This document shows positions 51,526 through 61,514 of a stretch of DNA of 64,000 nt, in pieces. The notes beneath the pieces are model-generated. The model was not told the DNA's origin. It worked only from the letters and a program-made list of their open reading frames with translations, and made no database searches. Made by a program: the position numbers and the translations under genes. This DNA comes from an uncultured Bacteroidia bacterium (GTDB lineage Bacteria > Bacteroidota > Bacteroidia > JAIBAJ01): positions 2,328,962 to 2,392,961 of the forward strand of contig OZ260106.1 in assembly GCA_965284645.1 (NCBI GenBank), read 5' to 3'. The first letter of the stretch is position 1. Every line of letters starts with the position of its first letter.

Positions 51526-53327
51526 TCGAAAACAATTTTGTTAAAGTACTTATGCCCGTTTCTTTCTATTTCCAGCAAATACATACCAGGTACAAGCTGT
51601 TCGGGGCTTAGAATAAGTTCAGATTTATTAAATTCCTTGAGATGGAGGATAAGTTTACCTGCCACATCTTGTATTTTTATTTCAGCTGGTTTGAACTGAG
51701 CATTTCTTATTTGTATGGTCATGTATTCGTCAGCAGGATTTGGAAAAATACTAACCCAATTGGCTAAATCGTCTTCATCAATTCCTTCTGGAGTAGGATT
51801 ATTGTCCATGTAGATTCCAGGTCCAACATCATTTCCTGCTGCATTAATTGTATCAATCCAAAAATTCAATTGTCCTTCTACTGAATCTGAAAAAGTCAAA
51901 CAAGGTGTGTAAGTTTGTTCATCTGGATTTCCAATATTCCCTAAGTTAAAATGGTTTAATCCAGCATAGTTAACATAAATTCGGTAGCATTCTCCGTTTC
52001 CAACAGGTAAATCTACAAATTCATAATAACCACTTGTATCAGTTTGAGTATAGTCAATTAGAATTCGAGAAGGAACAGAATCTTTTTCAACCACCACATC
52101 AATCAAAGGAATAGGATCATTGTTTGTTTCTGTTTTACAAGTTGCGCAATCCCAGCGAATATAACCCCAAAGTCTACCTGGACCCGTTCTGTTTGGCTTT
52201 TCTACCATAGGGAAGTTTAGAGTAGTGGTGTCTCCACAATTAGAAAAAACCGAATCAGCTACTTGCCATTGATAAACTGGAACAGTATCATAATCAAAAT
52301 AGGTACAAGCCGCATTCGGTATATTCTGCAAATTTCTCGGTCGGGCTAGAAGATAATAAAAAACATCGTCTTGGTTACCTTGGATTCTATACCGTCCATT
52401 GGCATCTGTAAAGGCTGTGCGTGGGAAATTTAAGGTATCAATATTTGGAATTAAATCATAATTCTCTAAGGCTCCTAATGCATAATCTGTAGGGAATAAA
52501 AATACTTCTACATCTCCCGCACCTACTGGATTACCTTCATAAGTGATGGTGCCTTCAAACCATCCTCCGGTTGTACTAACTTCTAAGTTTTGGTTTCCTA
52601 AGGCAAAACAACCATGGTAGTCAGTTACGGTGACTAAGTAAGAGAAGGTGTTGATAGGATAAAAGATAGGTGTTGGAGTATTAGGGTCGCCTAAGATGTC
52701 GGATGCATTGGACCAATCATAAGTGTAAGGTTCAGTTCCTCCATTCACCACCATGTTGAATTGAGCAATTCCATCCAAACAAGCAGATAATGATTCAGGA
52801 TATGTCGCTGAAATAACGGTCAAGATTTCAGGTTGTAGAATTTCAAAAGAAGTGTCAGATTGAATTCCAAAGGCATCAGTAACCGTAACTTGGTATATGC
52901 CAGCATTCAATCCATACACTGAATCAGTATCAGATTGACCACTGCTCCATTGGATGGTATAATTAGGTGAACCTCCTAGGATGGTCAAACCCGCTGCCCC
53001 TGTTTGAGTGCCAAAACAATCCGCGCTATCGGTTGTTACGGATAATGGAAAAGTACTTAATCCTTGCTGAAATCCTCCATTTATTAATACAGAGGTGTTT
53101 TGAACATCTGAAAAGAAGGATTGTCCAATGCTAAAGCTAATATTGTTAGTGCCATTGCCAATGACTCCTCCACCTGAATTAAAATCCTGCTGGAGAATCT
53201 GTTGGCTAAATCCTTTAAGGATTAGCAACGGAAACATCAGAATAAGTAAAAGTAGTCTCAAAGTCAATTTTGGGTTAAGCGAACAAAAGTGTATAAACTT
53301 TTGCAAATTTGGGCAATAAAACGACAA
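51522..53327 (-). CDS. SprB-repeat-containing secreted protein with T9SS C-terminal sorting domain
   Basis: '[15 protein letters not shown]' and '[16 protein letters not shown]' SprB-type repeats. C-terminal domain '...[22 protein letters not shown]'. Confidence 0.7.
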   Translation of the reverse strand: MSFYCPNLQKFIHFCSLNPKLTLRLLLLILMFPLLILKGFSQQILQQDFNSGGGVIGNGTNNISFSIGQSFFSDVQNTSVLINGGFQQGLSTFPLSVTTDSADCFGTQTGAAGLTILGGSPNYTIQWSSGQSDTDSVYGLNAGIYQVTVTDAFGIQSDTSFEILQPEILTVISATYPESLSACLDGIAQFNMVVNGGTEPYTYDWSNASDILGDPNTPTPIFYPINTFSYLVTVTDYHGCFALGNQNLEVSTTGGWFEGTITYEGNPVGAGDVEVFLFPTDYALGALENYDLIPNIDTLNFPRTAFTDANGRYRIQGNQDDVFYYLLARPRNLQNIPNAACTYFDYDTVPVYQWQVADSVFSNCGDTTTLNFPMVEKPNRTGPGRLWGYIRWDCATCKTETNNDPIPLIDVVVEKDSVPSRILIDYTQTDTSGYYEFVDLPVGNGECYRIYVNYAGLNHFNLGNIGNPDEQTYTPCLTFSDSVEGQLNFWIDTINAAGNDVGPGIYMDNNPTPEGIDEDDLANWVSIFPNPADEYMTIQIRNAQFKPAEIKIQDVAGKLILHLKEFNKSELILSPEQLVPGMYLLEIERNGHKYFNKIVFE

Positions 53328-53473
53328 AAAAGTGCAATTGGGTTGTGTAGATGGTCGAAAAACAGGGTATTAAGTTTTCAACAAATTCCTAACGATTGTT
53401 AATTTATTGAAATACAATAAGTTAAATAAAGTTGAATTGAAGAAAAAAATGTCTTAAAAGAGGAATTATAAAA

Positions 53474-53686
53474 TTATGTCAGATTTTTTTGAATTGAGCC
53501 ATAGTTTTTAGGGTTTGGACTTTCTAAATAGCCATGGTGTTTGTTTTTTCCCCAAGTTGGGCAATCGCATTTTTTGCTTTTACATGAAAAGAGGCCTAAA
53601 ATGCAAACTGAAAGTAGCAAGGCAACTGAGCTGTTTTTTTTAGCCTTCATTTTAGTATTTAGTACCTGAAACACCAATATTTTCAA
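53474..53686 (-). CDS. Small lipoprotein, hypothetical
   Basis: 'MKAKKNSSVALLLSVCILGLFSC' lipobox followed by a Cys/His-rich 'CKSKKCDCPTWGKNKHHG'. Confidence 0.35.
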   Translation of the reverse strand: MKILVFQVLNTKMKAKKNSSVALLLSVCILGLFSCKSKKCDCPTWGKNKHHGYLESPNPKNYGSIQKNLT

Positions 53687-54605
53687 TGGGGTGCCAAGTG
53701 GTTTTGGTTTCCTGGAAATCTTTTATTGAATAAGGCCCAACCTCTATTTTTGCCCAATCTTTTATTTGGTTATAAAGGACAACCCTTTTTAAATTCAAAG
53801 TTGCCAATTCTCCAATTTGTTTAATTTCAGCAGGATTGTTTCTTGCATAACAAATAGCCTTTACCTCTATATGGTTTGCCATATGGCTAAGTAATTCCGT
53901 GCTAGTACCAGTTAGGATATTTACAACTCCGCCTGGAACATCACTACTATTCAATACTTCCGAAAAACTTATTGCTGTAAGTGGAAGTCTCTCTGACGCT
54001 AGGACTATACAAGTATTCCCACCAACAATGATAGAGGAAACCAAGCTAACTAAACCAAGTAAAGGAGAATCCTCCGGAGCAATAACAGAAACAACGCCCA
54101 TCGGTTCAAGGACTGAAAAGTTGAAAAATGGAGCAGATACAGGGTTTATGGAACTGAAAATTTGTTGGTATTTATCAGACCATCCTGCGAAATAAACCAA
54201 ACGATCTACCGATTGTTGTACTTCAATTAGGGCATTTTTTTCCGTGTAACCTAACGAAACTAGTTCTTCTACAAATTGGTTGGTTCTGGATTCCAACATT
54301 TCAGCAATACGGTATAATATCTGACCTCGGTTATATGCCGATTTTCCCGACCAACTGTTCCATGCATTGGATGCTGAAGCAACTGCATTTCTAAAATCTT
54401 TTCGACTACTTAAACACACATTTGCCAACAATTTTTTATCAGAAGAGAAGACTTCATAATACCTTCCCGATTCGGTTCTAGGAAATTGACCTCCAATATA
54501 AATTTTGTAGGTTTTCAATACGTTTAATCTTGGCATGGGAATGCTAATGTACTTATAATAGGCTTTCGATGATTTTTTCAAGGCTAATATTATCTGCTTC
54601 TGCAC
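53652..54605 (-). CDS. Aldehyde-dehydrogenase-family N-terminal/NAD-binding region only (truncated before the catalytic Cys)
   Basis: 'EPMGVVSVIAPEDSPL', 'GNTCIVLASERLPLTA' and 'VPGGVVNILTG' match ALDH motifs, but the ORF ends at about 300 aa, before the catalytic Cys region. Start is probably the internal 'MPRLNV'. Confidence 0.55.
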   Translation of the reverse strand: MQKQIILALKKSSKAYYKYISIPMPRLNVLKTYKIYIGGQFPRTESGRYYEVFSSDKKLLANVCLSSRKDFRNAVASASNAWNSWSGKSAYNRGQILYRIAEMLESRTNQFVEELVSLGYTEKNALIEVQQSVDRLVYFAGWSDKYQQIFSSINPVSAPFFNFSVLEPMGVVSVIAPEDSPLLGLVSLVSSIIVGGNTCIVLASERLPLTAISFSEVLNSSDVPGGVVNILTGTSTELLSHMANHIEVKAICYARNNPAEIKQIGELATLNLKRVVLYNQIKDWAKIEVGPYSIKDFQETKTTWHPIENIGVSGTKY

Positions 54606-55551
54606 GATAATTCCTCACCACACGGTGTCTAAGGATGGCAGTTGATACGGCTTTTACATCTTCAATATCAGGTGAATATTTTCCACGAATAGCAGCATGA
54701 CATTTTGCTCCAATTACCAAAAACTGACTAGCTCTCGGTCCTGCTCCCCAGCTGATGTATTTGTTGACCATTTCAGTTGAATGGGCCGTATGGGGTCTTG
54801 TTTTTGAACTGAGCTTTACTGCGTATTCTACGACATTGTCAGCAACTGGTATACGTCGAATTAAATCTTGGAAATATAAAATTTCCTCGGCACTTAAAAT
54901 TTTGTTTAAACTAACTTTTTGGTTAGTAGTAGTTTGCTTTACGATATTGATTTCCTCATTTAAACTTGGATAATCTAACCAGATATTAAACATAAACCGG
55001 TCCAATTGAGCTTCTGGTAGAGGATAGGTTCCTTCTTGTTCAATTGGGTTTTGAGTGGCCAAAACGAAAAACGGTTTATCAAGATCATACCTTTTTCCGG
55101 AAACGGTTACAGCCATCTCTTGCATGGCCTCCAATAAGGCACTTTGGGTTTTGGGAGGGGTCCTGTTTATTTCATCTGCCAAAATGATATTGGCAAACAA
55201 TGGTCCTTTTATGAATTTAAAATGCCTTGTTTCATCCAATATTTCTGTACCGGTAATATCACTAGGCATTAAATCAGGTGTAAATTGAATCCTGTTGTAA
55301 CTTAATCCTAAAGAATTGGCGATGGTATTTATCAAGAGTGTTTTTGCCAAACCTGGAACACCTACCAAAAGGCAATGTCCACGGCTGAAGATACTGATAA
55401 GTACCATTTCAACCACTTGATCTTGGCCTACAATAACTTTAGAAATTTCAGTTTTTAAGGTTTTGTATTTTGCGCCAAAGGCATCAATCGCTTCCGCATC
55501 AGTGCTGTAATTTGCCATAGAAATCAAAATTAATTTGTTGCTTTTATCCAA
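54553..55551 (-). CDS. MoxR-family AAA+ ATPase
   Basis: Walker A 'GVPGLAKT', Walker B 'ILADEINR', about 330 aa. Confidence 0.9.
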   Translation of the reverse strand: MDKSNKLILISMANYSTDAEAIDAFGAKYKTLKTEISKVIVGQDQVVEMVLISIFSRGHCLLVGVPGLAKTLLINTIANSLGLSYNRIQFTPDLMPSDITGTEILDETRHFKFIKGPLFANIILADEINRTPPKTQSALLEAMQEMAVTVSGKRYDLDKPFFVLATQNPIEQEGTYPLPEAQLDRFMFNIWLDYPSLNEEINIVKQTTTNQKVSLNKILSAEEILYFQDLIRRIPVADNVVEYAVKLSSKTRPHTAHSTEMVNKYISWGAGPRASQFLVIGAKCHAAIRGKYSPDIEDVKAVSTAILRHRVVRNYRAEADNISLEKIIESLL

Positions 55552-56969
55552 GCGTTTTCAAACGTACAATTTTTATAATCTTCGTCAATTTTGACATAAA
55601 GATCAGTCGAGTGTTTCTTAATCCATTCTCTTACAATTCTCTGTTTTTTCTCAGACAAGGCTGCATCCTGCAAACGTTGGTAATCATCCTTCATATTGGC
55701 TTTATGTGGAGCAGTGCGGCTTTTTAGAAAATATATTTTGTAAGAATTTCGTCCTCTTTCATCCTTCCCCGCTAATGGTTTTGTATATTGTCCTGGCTCC
55801 AAGTCATTTATTGCTGAAAGTAATAATGGATCGATTGAATTCAGTTGGTCCTCCTCAAATCTTGAATTTCCAGTGGCTGGATTTTGCATGATTCCACCAT
55901 TATTCTTGGTGGTTTCGTCATCTGAATATTTTTCGGCAGCCTTTTCAAAGCTAATTTTTCCAGATTGTATCTCTGCATAAACAGAATCTAGTTTGTTTTT
56001 TGATTTGGCAATAGTTTCCTGTGAAAGTTTCGGCGTAATAAGAATATGCCTAACATTCACCATATCCCCCCTCCTTTCGATTAGTTGCATGAAATGGAAT
56101 CCAAAATCAGTTTCAAATACTTCTGAAATTCCATTTCCCTTTAATCGGAAAGCCCAACTGTCAAATTCAGGAACCATTTGTCCTCTTTCGAAAAAGCCAA
56201 GTTCTCCGCTATTCGAAGCAGTTCCAGGATCTTCAGAGTAGAGCACGGCTAACGATCCAAAATTATCACCTCCTAATACCCTCTGCCTTAATTCTTCAGC
56301 TCTGTCCTTTGCAATTTTTTTCTCCTCAGAATTGAACTTGGGCATCGACACTATTTGTCCAACTTCGACCTCAGAATTAATGTAAGGAATACTGTCCGAA
56401 GGGATATTATTAAAGTATTGTCTTACTTCTGCAGGAGAAACTTTGGCATCTCCCGTTATTTTTTGCTGCATTTGTTGGGCAAGGAGCTGGTCTTTAATTA
56501 AATCTTTAAAATCGGATTTAATTTCTACAAGTGATTTTCCATAAAATTCTTCTAGCTTTTCTTGTGAACCAATTTGTTGAATGAAGAAACGAATCCTACG
56601 GTCCATTTCGCTTTCAATTTGATCTTCACTTACCTCTAAACTATCATGCTCCGCTTGATTTAGTAATAAACGCTGGAACAATTGGTCTTCCAATAAATCG
56701 CAGCGTGTATCTTCATCAACAGCAATTCCTTGTTGAAGCACTTGTTGGTACTGTGATTCGACTTCACTTAGTAAAATAATGTGGCTCCCCACAATTGCTA
56801 CTATTTTATCTGCAACTTGGTTGCTAGGCTGCGCTATACTAACCCTACTCCCAAACAATAGAAAGAGGAATGCAATTAGAAAGGAAAGGGAAAGCTTGGT
56901 TCTGTTTGGTATCATTTTCGTCCCAAAAGTACTTTTTAAGCGGGAATTCTTTATCAAAACAGCAATCAT
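55530..56969 (-). CDS. SurA-like periplasmic chaperone / parvulin-type peptidyl-prolyl isomerase
   Basis: Signal peptide, SurA N-terminal domain and two parvulin domains ('GELGFFERGQMVPEFD', 'GFHFMQLIE'). Confidence 0.8.
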   Translation of the reverse strand: MIAVLIKNSRLKSTFGTKMIPNRTKLSLSFLIAFLFLLFGSRVSIAQPSNQVADKIVAIVGSHIILLSEVESQYQQVLQQGIAVDEDTRCDLLEDQLFQRLLLNQAEHDSLEVSEDQIESEMDRRIRFFIQQIGSQEKLEEFYGKSLVEIKSDFKDLIKDQLLAQQMQQKITGDAKVSPAEVRQYFNNIPSDSIPYINSEVEVGQIVSMPKFNSEEKKIAKDRAEELRQRVLGGDNFGSLAVLYSEDPGTASNSGELGFFERGQMVPEFDSWAFRLKGNGISEVFETDFGFHFMQLIERRGDMVNVRHILITPKLSQETIAKSKNKLDSVYAEIQSGKISFEKAAEKYSDDETTKNNGGIMQNPATGNSRFEEDQLNSIDPLLLSAINDLEPGQYTKPLAGKDERGRNSYKIYFLKSRTAPHKANMKDDYQRLQDAALSEKKQRIVREWIKKHSTDLYVKIDEDYKNCTFENAWIKATN

Positions 56970-57028
56970 AAAAAATCAAAATTTAATAAATGCAAAATTC
57001 TCAATGGCTTAATTCAAAGAAATAGGGA

Positions 57029-57937
57029 TTAATAAATTTCAAATTTGCCTTTATCGGAGGCTTCCTTGAACTGTTTTTCCTCCATGGTTTTCACTATGGC
57101 CAACTTTCGAATATTTAAAAGTATATTTTTGATATTTTCCTTTTCAACACTGATGGGAGAAATATCATTTTTTGTTTTAAATCCTTTTATGTTAACTAGG
57201 TAAAGTCCCGTGCTGTCTTGTATTTCAACAAACCGATTATTCTCCAAAAAATCTTCTTGATCATAGGTTTTAATAGGAATTTCCTTTAATAAGTCGTCAA
57301 AAATTAACCATGAATTGTCATCCAAATAATAATTTATTGCGCCCGACATACACCAATCTTCAAGGTTTTTACGATCGGTGTTATCCGAAGATTTAATCCA
57401 TTTTCTAACCTTCTCCAAATCCTTGTTTTTTTTGTCAACCTTAACATAAACTACCTTGATAATATTGTTTTTTAGTTCAAAATTAGCCTTGTTTCTGGCA
57501 TAATAGTCTTCAATTTCCTTATTTGAAATGTTGGTGTCTAGCTTTAAATCAATTAATTCCTTTTGGTACTGGTAGAGAATTAATGAGTTTTTATAATTCT
57601 CCACCTGGTCGTCTAAGTCTTCCGGCATATCTTTGATATTATCCAAAGCTTCCTGAACAGCCAATTTCTCTTTTATCCATTGGTTGATATAGGTTTGTAT
57701 GACTTCTAGACTATCTGTACCTGCATAACCAGCAGGTATGACTTGCTTTATGTCAGCTTCATATAAATAGTCGTTGCCTACCCTTGCAACTTTTTTGCCT
57801 TTCCCTTTTTCAAAGAAGGAACAAGATGTACCTAAAAAACTTAGGAGAATAAGGAATAGTACCCAAAGAGAAAATGCCTTACCCCAGTAGGATAAAGCAT
57901 TTTCAAAAAGACTTTTTATGGATTTAATGTGAATCAC
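57029..57937 (-). CDS. SurA-N-terminal-like chaperone domain protein (no rotamase domain), membrane-anchored
   Basis: Transmembrane helix/lipobox 'LGTSCSF'; SurA_N-like coiled-coil pattern. Confidence 0.45.
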   Translation of the reverse strand: MIHIKSIKSLFENALSYWGKAFSLWVLFLILLSFLGTSCSFFEKGKGKKVARVGNDYLYEADIKQVIPAGYAGTDSLEVIQTYINQWIKEKLAVQEALDNIKDMPEDLDDQVENYKNSLILYQYQKELIDLKLDTNISNKEIEDYYARNKANFELKNNIIKVVYVKVDKKNKDLEKVRKWIKSSDNTDRKNLEDWCMSGAINYYLDDNSWLIFDDLLKEIPIKTYDQEDFLENNRFVEIQDSTGLYLVNIKGFKTKNDISPISVEKENIKNILLNIRKLAIVKTMEEKQFKEASDKGKFEIY

Positions 57938-59904
57938 TTAATGCTAAATAGTACATCCTTATTTACCTGGAATGGATATTTTTTTCTCAAGGAGTCAATC
58001 CATTCTTTCTCAAGGTAAGTTTGATAATCTGCTGTAACAAGGCCTTTAGCTTCATTCAATGTTTTTGGAGCAGGAGCTACTTTTCCACGAACATTTACAA
58101 TGGCGATTTGCCCATTAAACGCTATATCTGAAGAAAGTCCTGGTTCCCATTTTACATTTTCTAATACATCATTTTCTCCCTTAATGAATTTTCCAGCTTC
58201 AACTTTTAAGTTCAATTGGCTATCTTTGTTTAGTTCTGCCTTAATTTCATCATCGCTTGGCTTGCCCGACTTACTTTGTTTGGCTAGCATTTCTCTAACT
58301 TTTTTGGCAATTTCTGCATCTTTACAAGTATAGATAGTGGCATCCAAACGTTCTTCCCACATATAGTTGTTTTTGTTAGCTTCATAATACACTTTCAATC
58401 CCACAGTATCTTTTACCGCTTTGGACCAAACTTTTTTATCAGTAAGGTCAAACAATAAAATGCCATCACGGTATTCACGCATCAAGTTACGGAATTCAGG
58501 GTATTTGCCTTCCAATTTGGTATCTTCATAGGCAATGCAACTTTCATCAACAAATTGTTTGTACAAACCGTTCAAATAAACAGACATATCGGTGGCTGTA
58601 CGTTTGGCTTGATGTTTAGAGATATAGGTGGCAAAATCAGCTTGGGTATATTGTTTGTCGCCAATTTTAAAAAGATTGGCTTTCAAATTCTTTGCAGATT
58701 CCATTTTCCAAAGTCCTTTGAAAACATTGGTGTCTACCACACTTGCAAATTCGTCTCTTTTTTTCAAATCCTCAGAAAACCCATAATCCTTTTTAATGCG
58801 AGCAATGATACTTTCTTTGCTCAATTGGGAGCGACTATCCTTGGATACTTTTTGTTTAAGGTCATTCTTTTGCTCCTCAAAGCTTGGAATACCTTTACGA
58901 TCTAAACGTTTAATTATATGCCATCCGTATGACGTTCTAATTGGTGCAGAAAAATCCCCATTGTTTTTTAATGAAAAGGCTGATCTTTCAAATTCAGGAA
59001 CCATACGTCCTGTTCCGAACCATGGCAATTCTCCACCCTTTGTTGCACTTTGTTTGTCATCGCTATATTGTTTGGCCAAATCTTTGAAATCACCACCTGA
59101 CAAAAGTTTTTGATAAATTTCATTAATTTTAGTTCGAGCCGCAACCGTATCTTCAGGTTTGGCATCCTTGGCAACCTTAACCATAATATGTGCAGCAAGT
59201 ATTTGCCCTTGCGCATCACGTTTGTCGTTAACTTTGAGAATATGGTAACCATATTTGGTGCGAACTGGACTTGAAACTTGACCTACAGGGGTATTGTAAG
59301 CAGCATTTTCAAAAGGATAAACCATTTGCATAGAAGTGAAGAAACCTAAATCACCGCCATTGTCCTTTGCAGAAGGATCATCGCTGTATTTTTTAGCAAG
59401 TTCATCAAATTTTTCTCCAGCCACTACCTTTTTACGCACATCCAAAGCTTTATTGTAGGCCGCTAAGGTGTCCTTAGGAAGCGCATTTTGGTCGCACTTA
59501 ATTAAAATATGTGCAGCACGAATATCTGTCTTTTGACGATCGTATGCTTCTTTCAAAAGTTTGTCTGAAACTTCTTTATCAACTAAATAGGGTTGCGACA
59601 ATTGTTTGCGATATCCTGCCAATTCGTCTCTAAAAGCTTTTCCAGTATCCAATTTCGCTTCTTCTGCTTCCTTCACTTTCATTCGGAAGTTGATATACAA
59701 TTCCATGTATTCTTCCAAAGCCTTTTGGACGTTGCCAGAAGTTTCTTTGTTGTTCTTTTTGTAAACTGCCTCGAATTCGGAGCGGGATACTTTAGAATCT
59801 CCAACGGTTAAAACTATTGGGTCTGAACCACTTTGTGAAAATGCTGTAGATGCCGCTAAACAAGCAGTTAAGGCAAATATTGGCGTTATTTTCTTCATAT
59901 TCAT
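57934..59904 (-). CDS. PpiC/parvulin-type peptidyl-prolyl isomerase (two rotamase domains)
   Basis: 'AAHILIK', 'GGDLGFFTSMQMVYPFE', 'YGYHILKV'; second domain 'GGELPWFGTGRMVPEFE...YGWHIIK'. Confidence 0.85.
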   Translation of the reverse strand: MNMKKITPIFALTACLAASTAFSQSGSDPIVLTVGDSKVSRSEFEAVYKKNNKETSGNVQKALEEYMELYINFRMKVKEAEEAKLDTGKAFRDELAGYRKQLSQPYLVDKEVSDKLLKEAYDRQKTDIRAAHILIKCDQNALPKDTLAAYNKALDVRKKVVAGEKFDELAKKYSDDPSAKDNGGDLGFFTSMQMVYPFENAAYNTPVGQVSSPVRTKYGYHILKVNDKRDAQGQILAAHIMVKVAKDAKPEDTVAARTKINEIYQKLLSGGDFKDLAKQYSDDKQSATKGGELPWFGTGRMVPEFERSAFSLKNNGDFSAPIRTSYGWHIIKRLDRKGIPSFEEQKNDLKQKVSKDSRSQLSKESIIARIKKDYGFSEDLKKRDEFASVVDTNVFKGLWKMESAKNLKANLFKIGDKQYTQADFATYISKHQAKRTATDMSVYLNGLYKQFVDESCIAYEDTKLEGKYPEFRNLMREYRDGILLFDLTDKKVWSKAVKDTVGLKVYYEANKNNYMWEERLDATIYTCKDAEIAKKVREMLAKQSKSGKPSDDEIKAELNKDSQLNLKVEAGKFIKGENDVLENVKWEPGLSSDIAFNGQIAIVNVRGKVAPAPKTLNEAKGLVTADYQTYLEKEWIDSLRKKYPFQVNKDVLFSIK

Positions 59905-60108
59905 TTTGATGAAAGTCTTTTTCTTGCGGGGTGCAAATGTATAAGTATTTAGAAAAGCCGACTTTAAAAATAGTTAATACACAATAAAACAACTAAATTT
60001 TGTTTGAACAGTCCAAAAATAGAAAGAATTCCAGCGCTTTGAAATAGTGTTTTTACAATTCCCAATTGGACCAAGTCTTGTGTTCTTTTTCCTGTTTACT
60101 TTTGGGCG

Positions 60109-61332
60109 GTGGAAATTTTACGTTTTATAACAGCCGGAAGTGTCGATGATGGCAAAAGTACGCTTATAGGTCGTTTGTTGTATGAAACCGGAAATATTCC
60201 TAAGGATGAGTTTGAAACGGTAAAAGGCCTTTATAAAACGGCTAATGGAAATGTAGATTTCTCTAGGTTTACCGATGGTCTGGCCGATGAAAGGGCCAAA
60301 GGAATTACCATTGATGTAGCCTATCGTTATTTTTTTACCTCCAAGCGCAAGTATATAATTGCCGACTCCCCTGGACATAAAGAATACACCCGAAATATGT
60401 TTACAGCGGCCTCCAATGCAGATGCCGCCATAGTATTGGTGGATGCTACTTTCGGAGTAACAGAACAAACCTTTCGTCATAGCCAGGTTTTAGCTTTGCT
60501 CAAAGTTCCTAAGCTTGCCTTTGCTGTAAATAAAATGGATGCCTTTTCTTATAATCAGGATAGGTTTCAAACCATTAAAAACGCCCTTGATCAGTTGGCT
60601 CTTCGTTTAGGTATGTCTGTTGAAACGGTTCCAATATCAGCATTAGAAGGAGAAAATTTAATCATGGCCAGTCCGAAAATGCCTTGGTATTCAGGACCAA
60701 CCTTACTGGCCTTTTTGGAAAACGCTCATCCGAAATTTAGACAAGTAGGAAATTCGGTGGTAATGGTTCAATATGTTTCCACGCAGTATCAAAGCGAGCG
60801 TGCTATGGGTAAGCTTTTAATTGGTGATTCCTTGCCTAATGAGATGGTGGTTTTGCCTGCTAAAAAAAGAGTCGCACTTAAAGGTGTTTGGGCTGAAAAA
60901 TTGAGGGAGAAAAAAGAAAGTTTAGCACAAAATGTTTCTTTTGAATTAGCAGAAGCTATCCATCTGAAGCGTGGTGATATTTTGGTGGAAAATCCAGCCG
61001 ACTTCCAGGTTTCTTGCACGATAATGGCTAAATGTTGCCACTTTTCTGAAGAGGAAATAGGGGAAGGCCAATCCTTCATTTTGAAAATAGGAACCCAAGA
61101 AAGGGTTTGCCGGGTGAAAACCTTGATGGAAAAATTAGATCCTACAACGGGCCAAATAAATTTTAATCCAAGTTCTGTCGCTATGAATGATTTTGCCTGG
61201 ATTGAGCTGCAAACTGAGGAGGCCATTGTTTATGCAACAAGGAATTGCGAAGAATTAATGCAAGGTGTTTTAATTGATATCCGCTCCAATTTTACTGCTA
61301 GCGCTATCCTAGTCGATTCAAAAGGCTTTTGA
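60109..61332 (+). CDS. cysN: Sulfate adenylyltransferase large subunit-like GTPase
   Basis: 'LRFITAGSVDDGKSTLIGRLL', 'DGLADERAKGITIDVAYRYF', 'DSPGHKEY', 'NKMD'. GTG start; no cysD next to it. Confidence 0.75.
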   Translation: MEILRFITAGSVDDGKSTLIGRLLYETGNIPKDEFETVKGLYKTANGNVDFSRFTDGLADERAKGITIDVAYRYFFTSKRKYIIADSPGHKEYTRNMFTAASNADAAIVLVDATFGVTEQTFRHSQVLALLKVPKLAFAVNKMDAFSYNQDRFQTIKNALDQLALRLGMSVETVPISALEGENLIMASPKMPWYSGPTLLAFLENAHPKFRQVGNSVVMVQYVSTQYQSERAMGKLLIGDSLPNEMVVLPAKKRVALKGVWAEKLREKKESLAQNVSFELAEAIHLKRGDILVENPADFQVSCTIMAKCCHFSEEEIGEGQSFILKIGTQERVCRVKTLMEKLDPTTGQINFNPSSVAMNDFAWIELQTEEAIVYATRNCEELMQGVLIDIRSNFTASAILVDSKGF

Positions 61333-61514
61333 AAAATTGTTAAGATATCAGGTCAATTGAAGGAAAAGTGGGTATTGGGGTTATCTTTGTTCAGCAATAC
61401 CTGTCGAAGCTAACATTAGACATTGGAAAACTTCACTATTCCAATTTTTCTTTTTCGTAATTTTCTAGTAAATTGCACGTTTATTATTGACTAAGCAAAC
61501 GACCCCATTCTATA

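Noticed and set aside
47647-53327. Prophage or tail-fibre locus suggested by the collagen-like protein with 'GIGTT' motifs
   Set aside because: No capsid, terminase, integrase, tail tube or baseplate genes are present within 15 kb on either side. The neighbours are an aminopeptidase-like gene and a T9SS cargo gene. I treat it as a chromosomal surface fibre.
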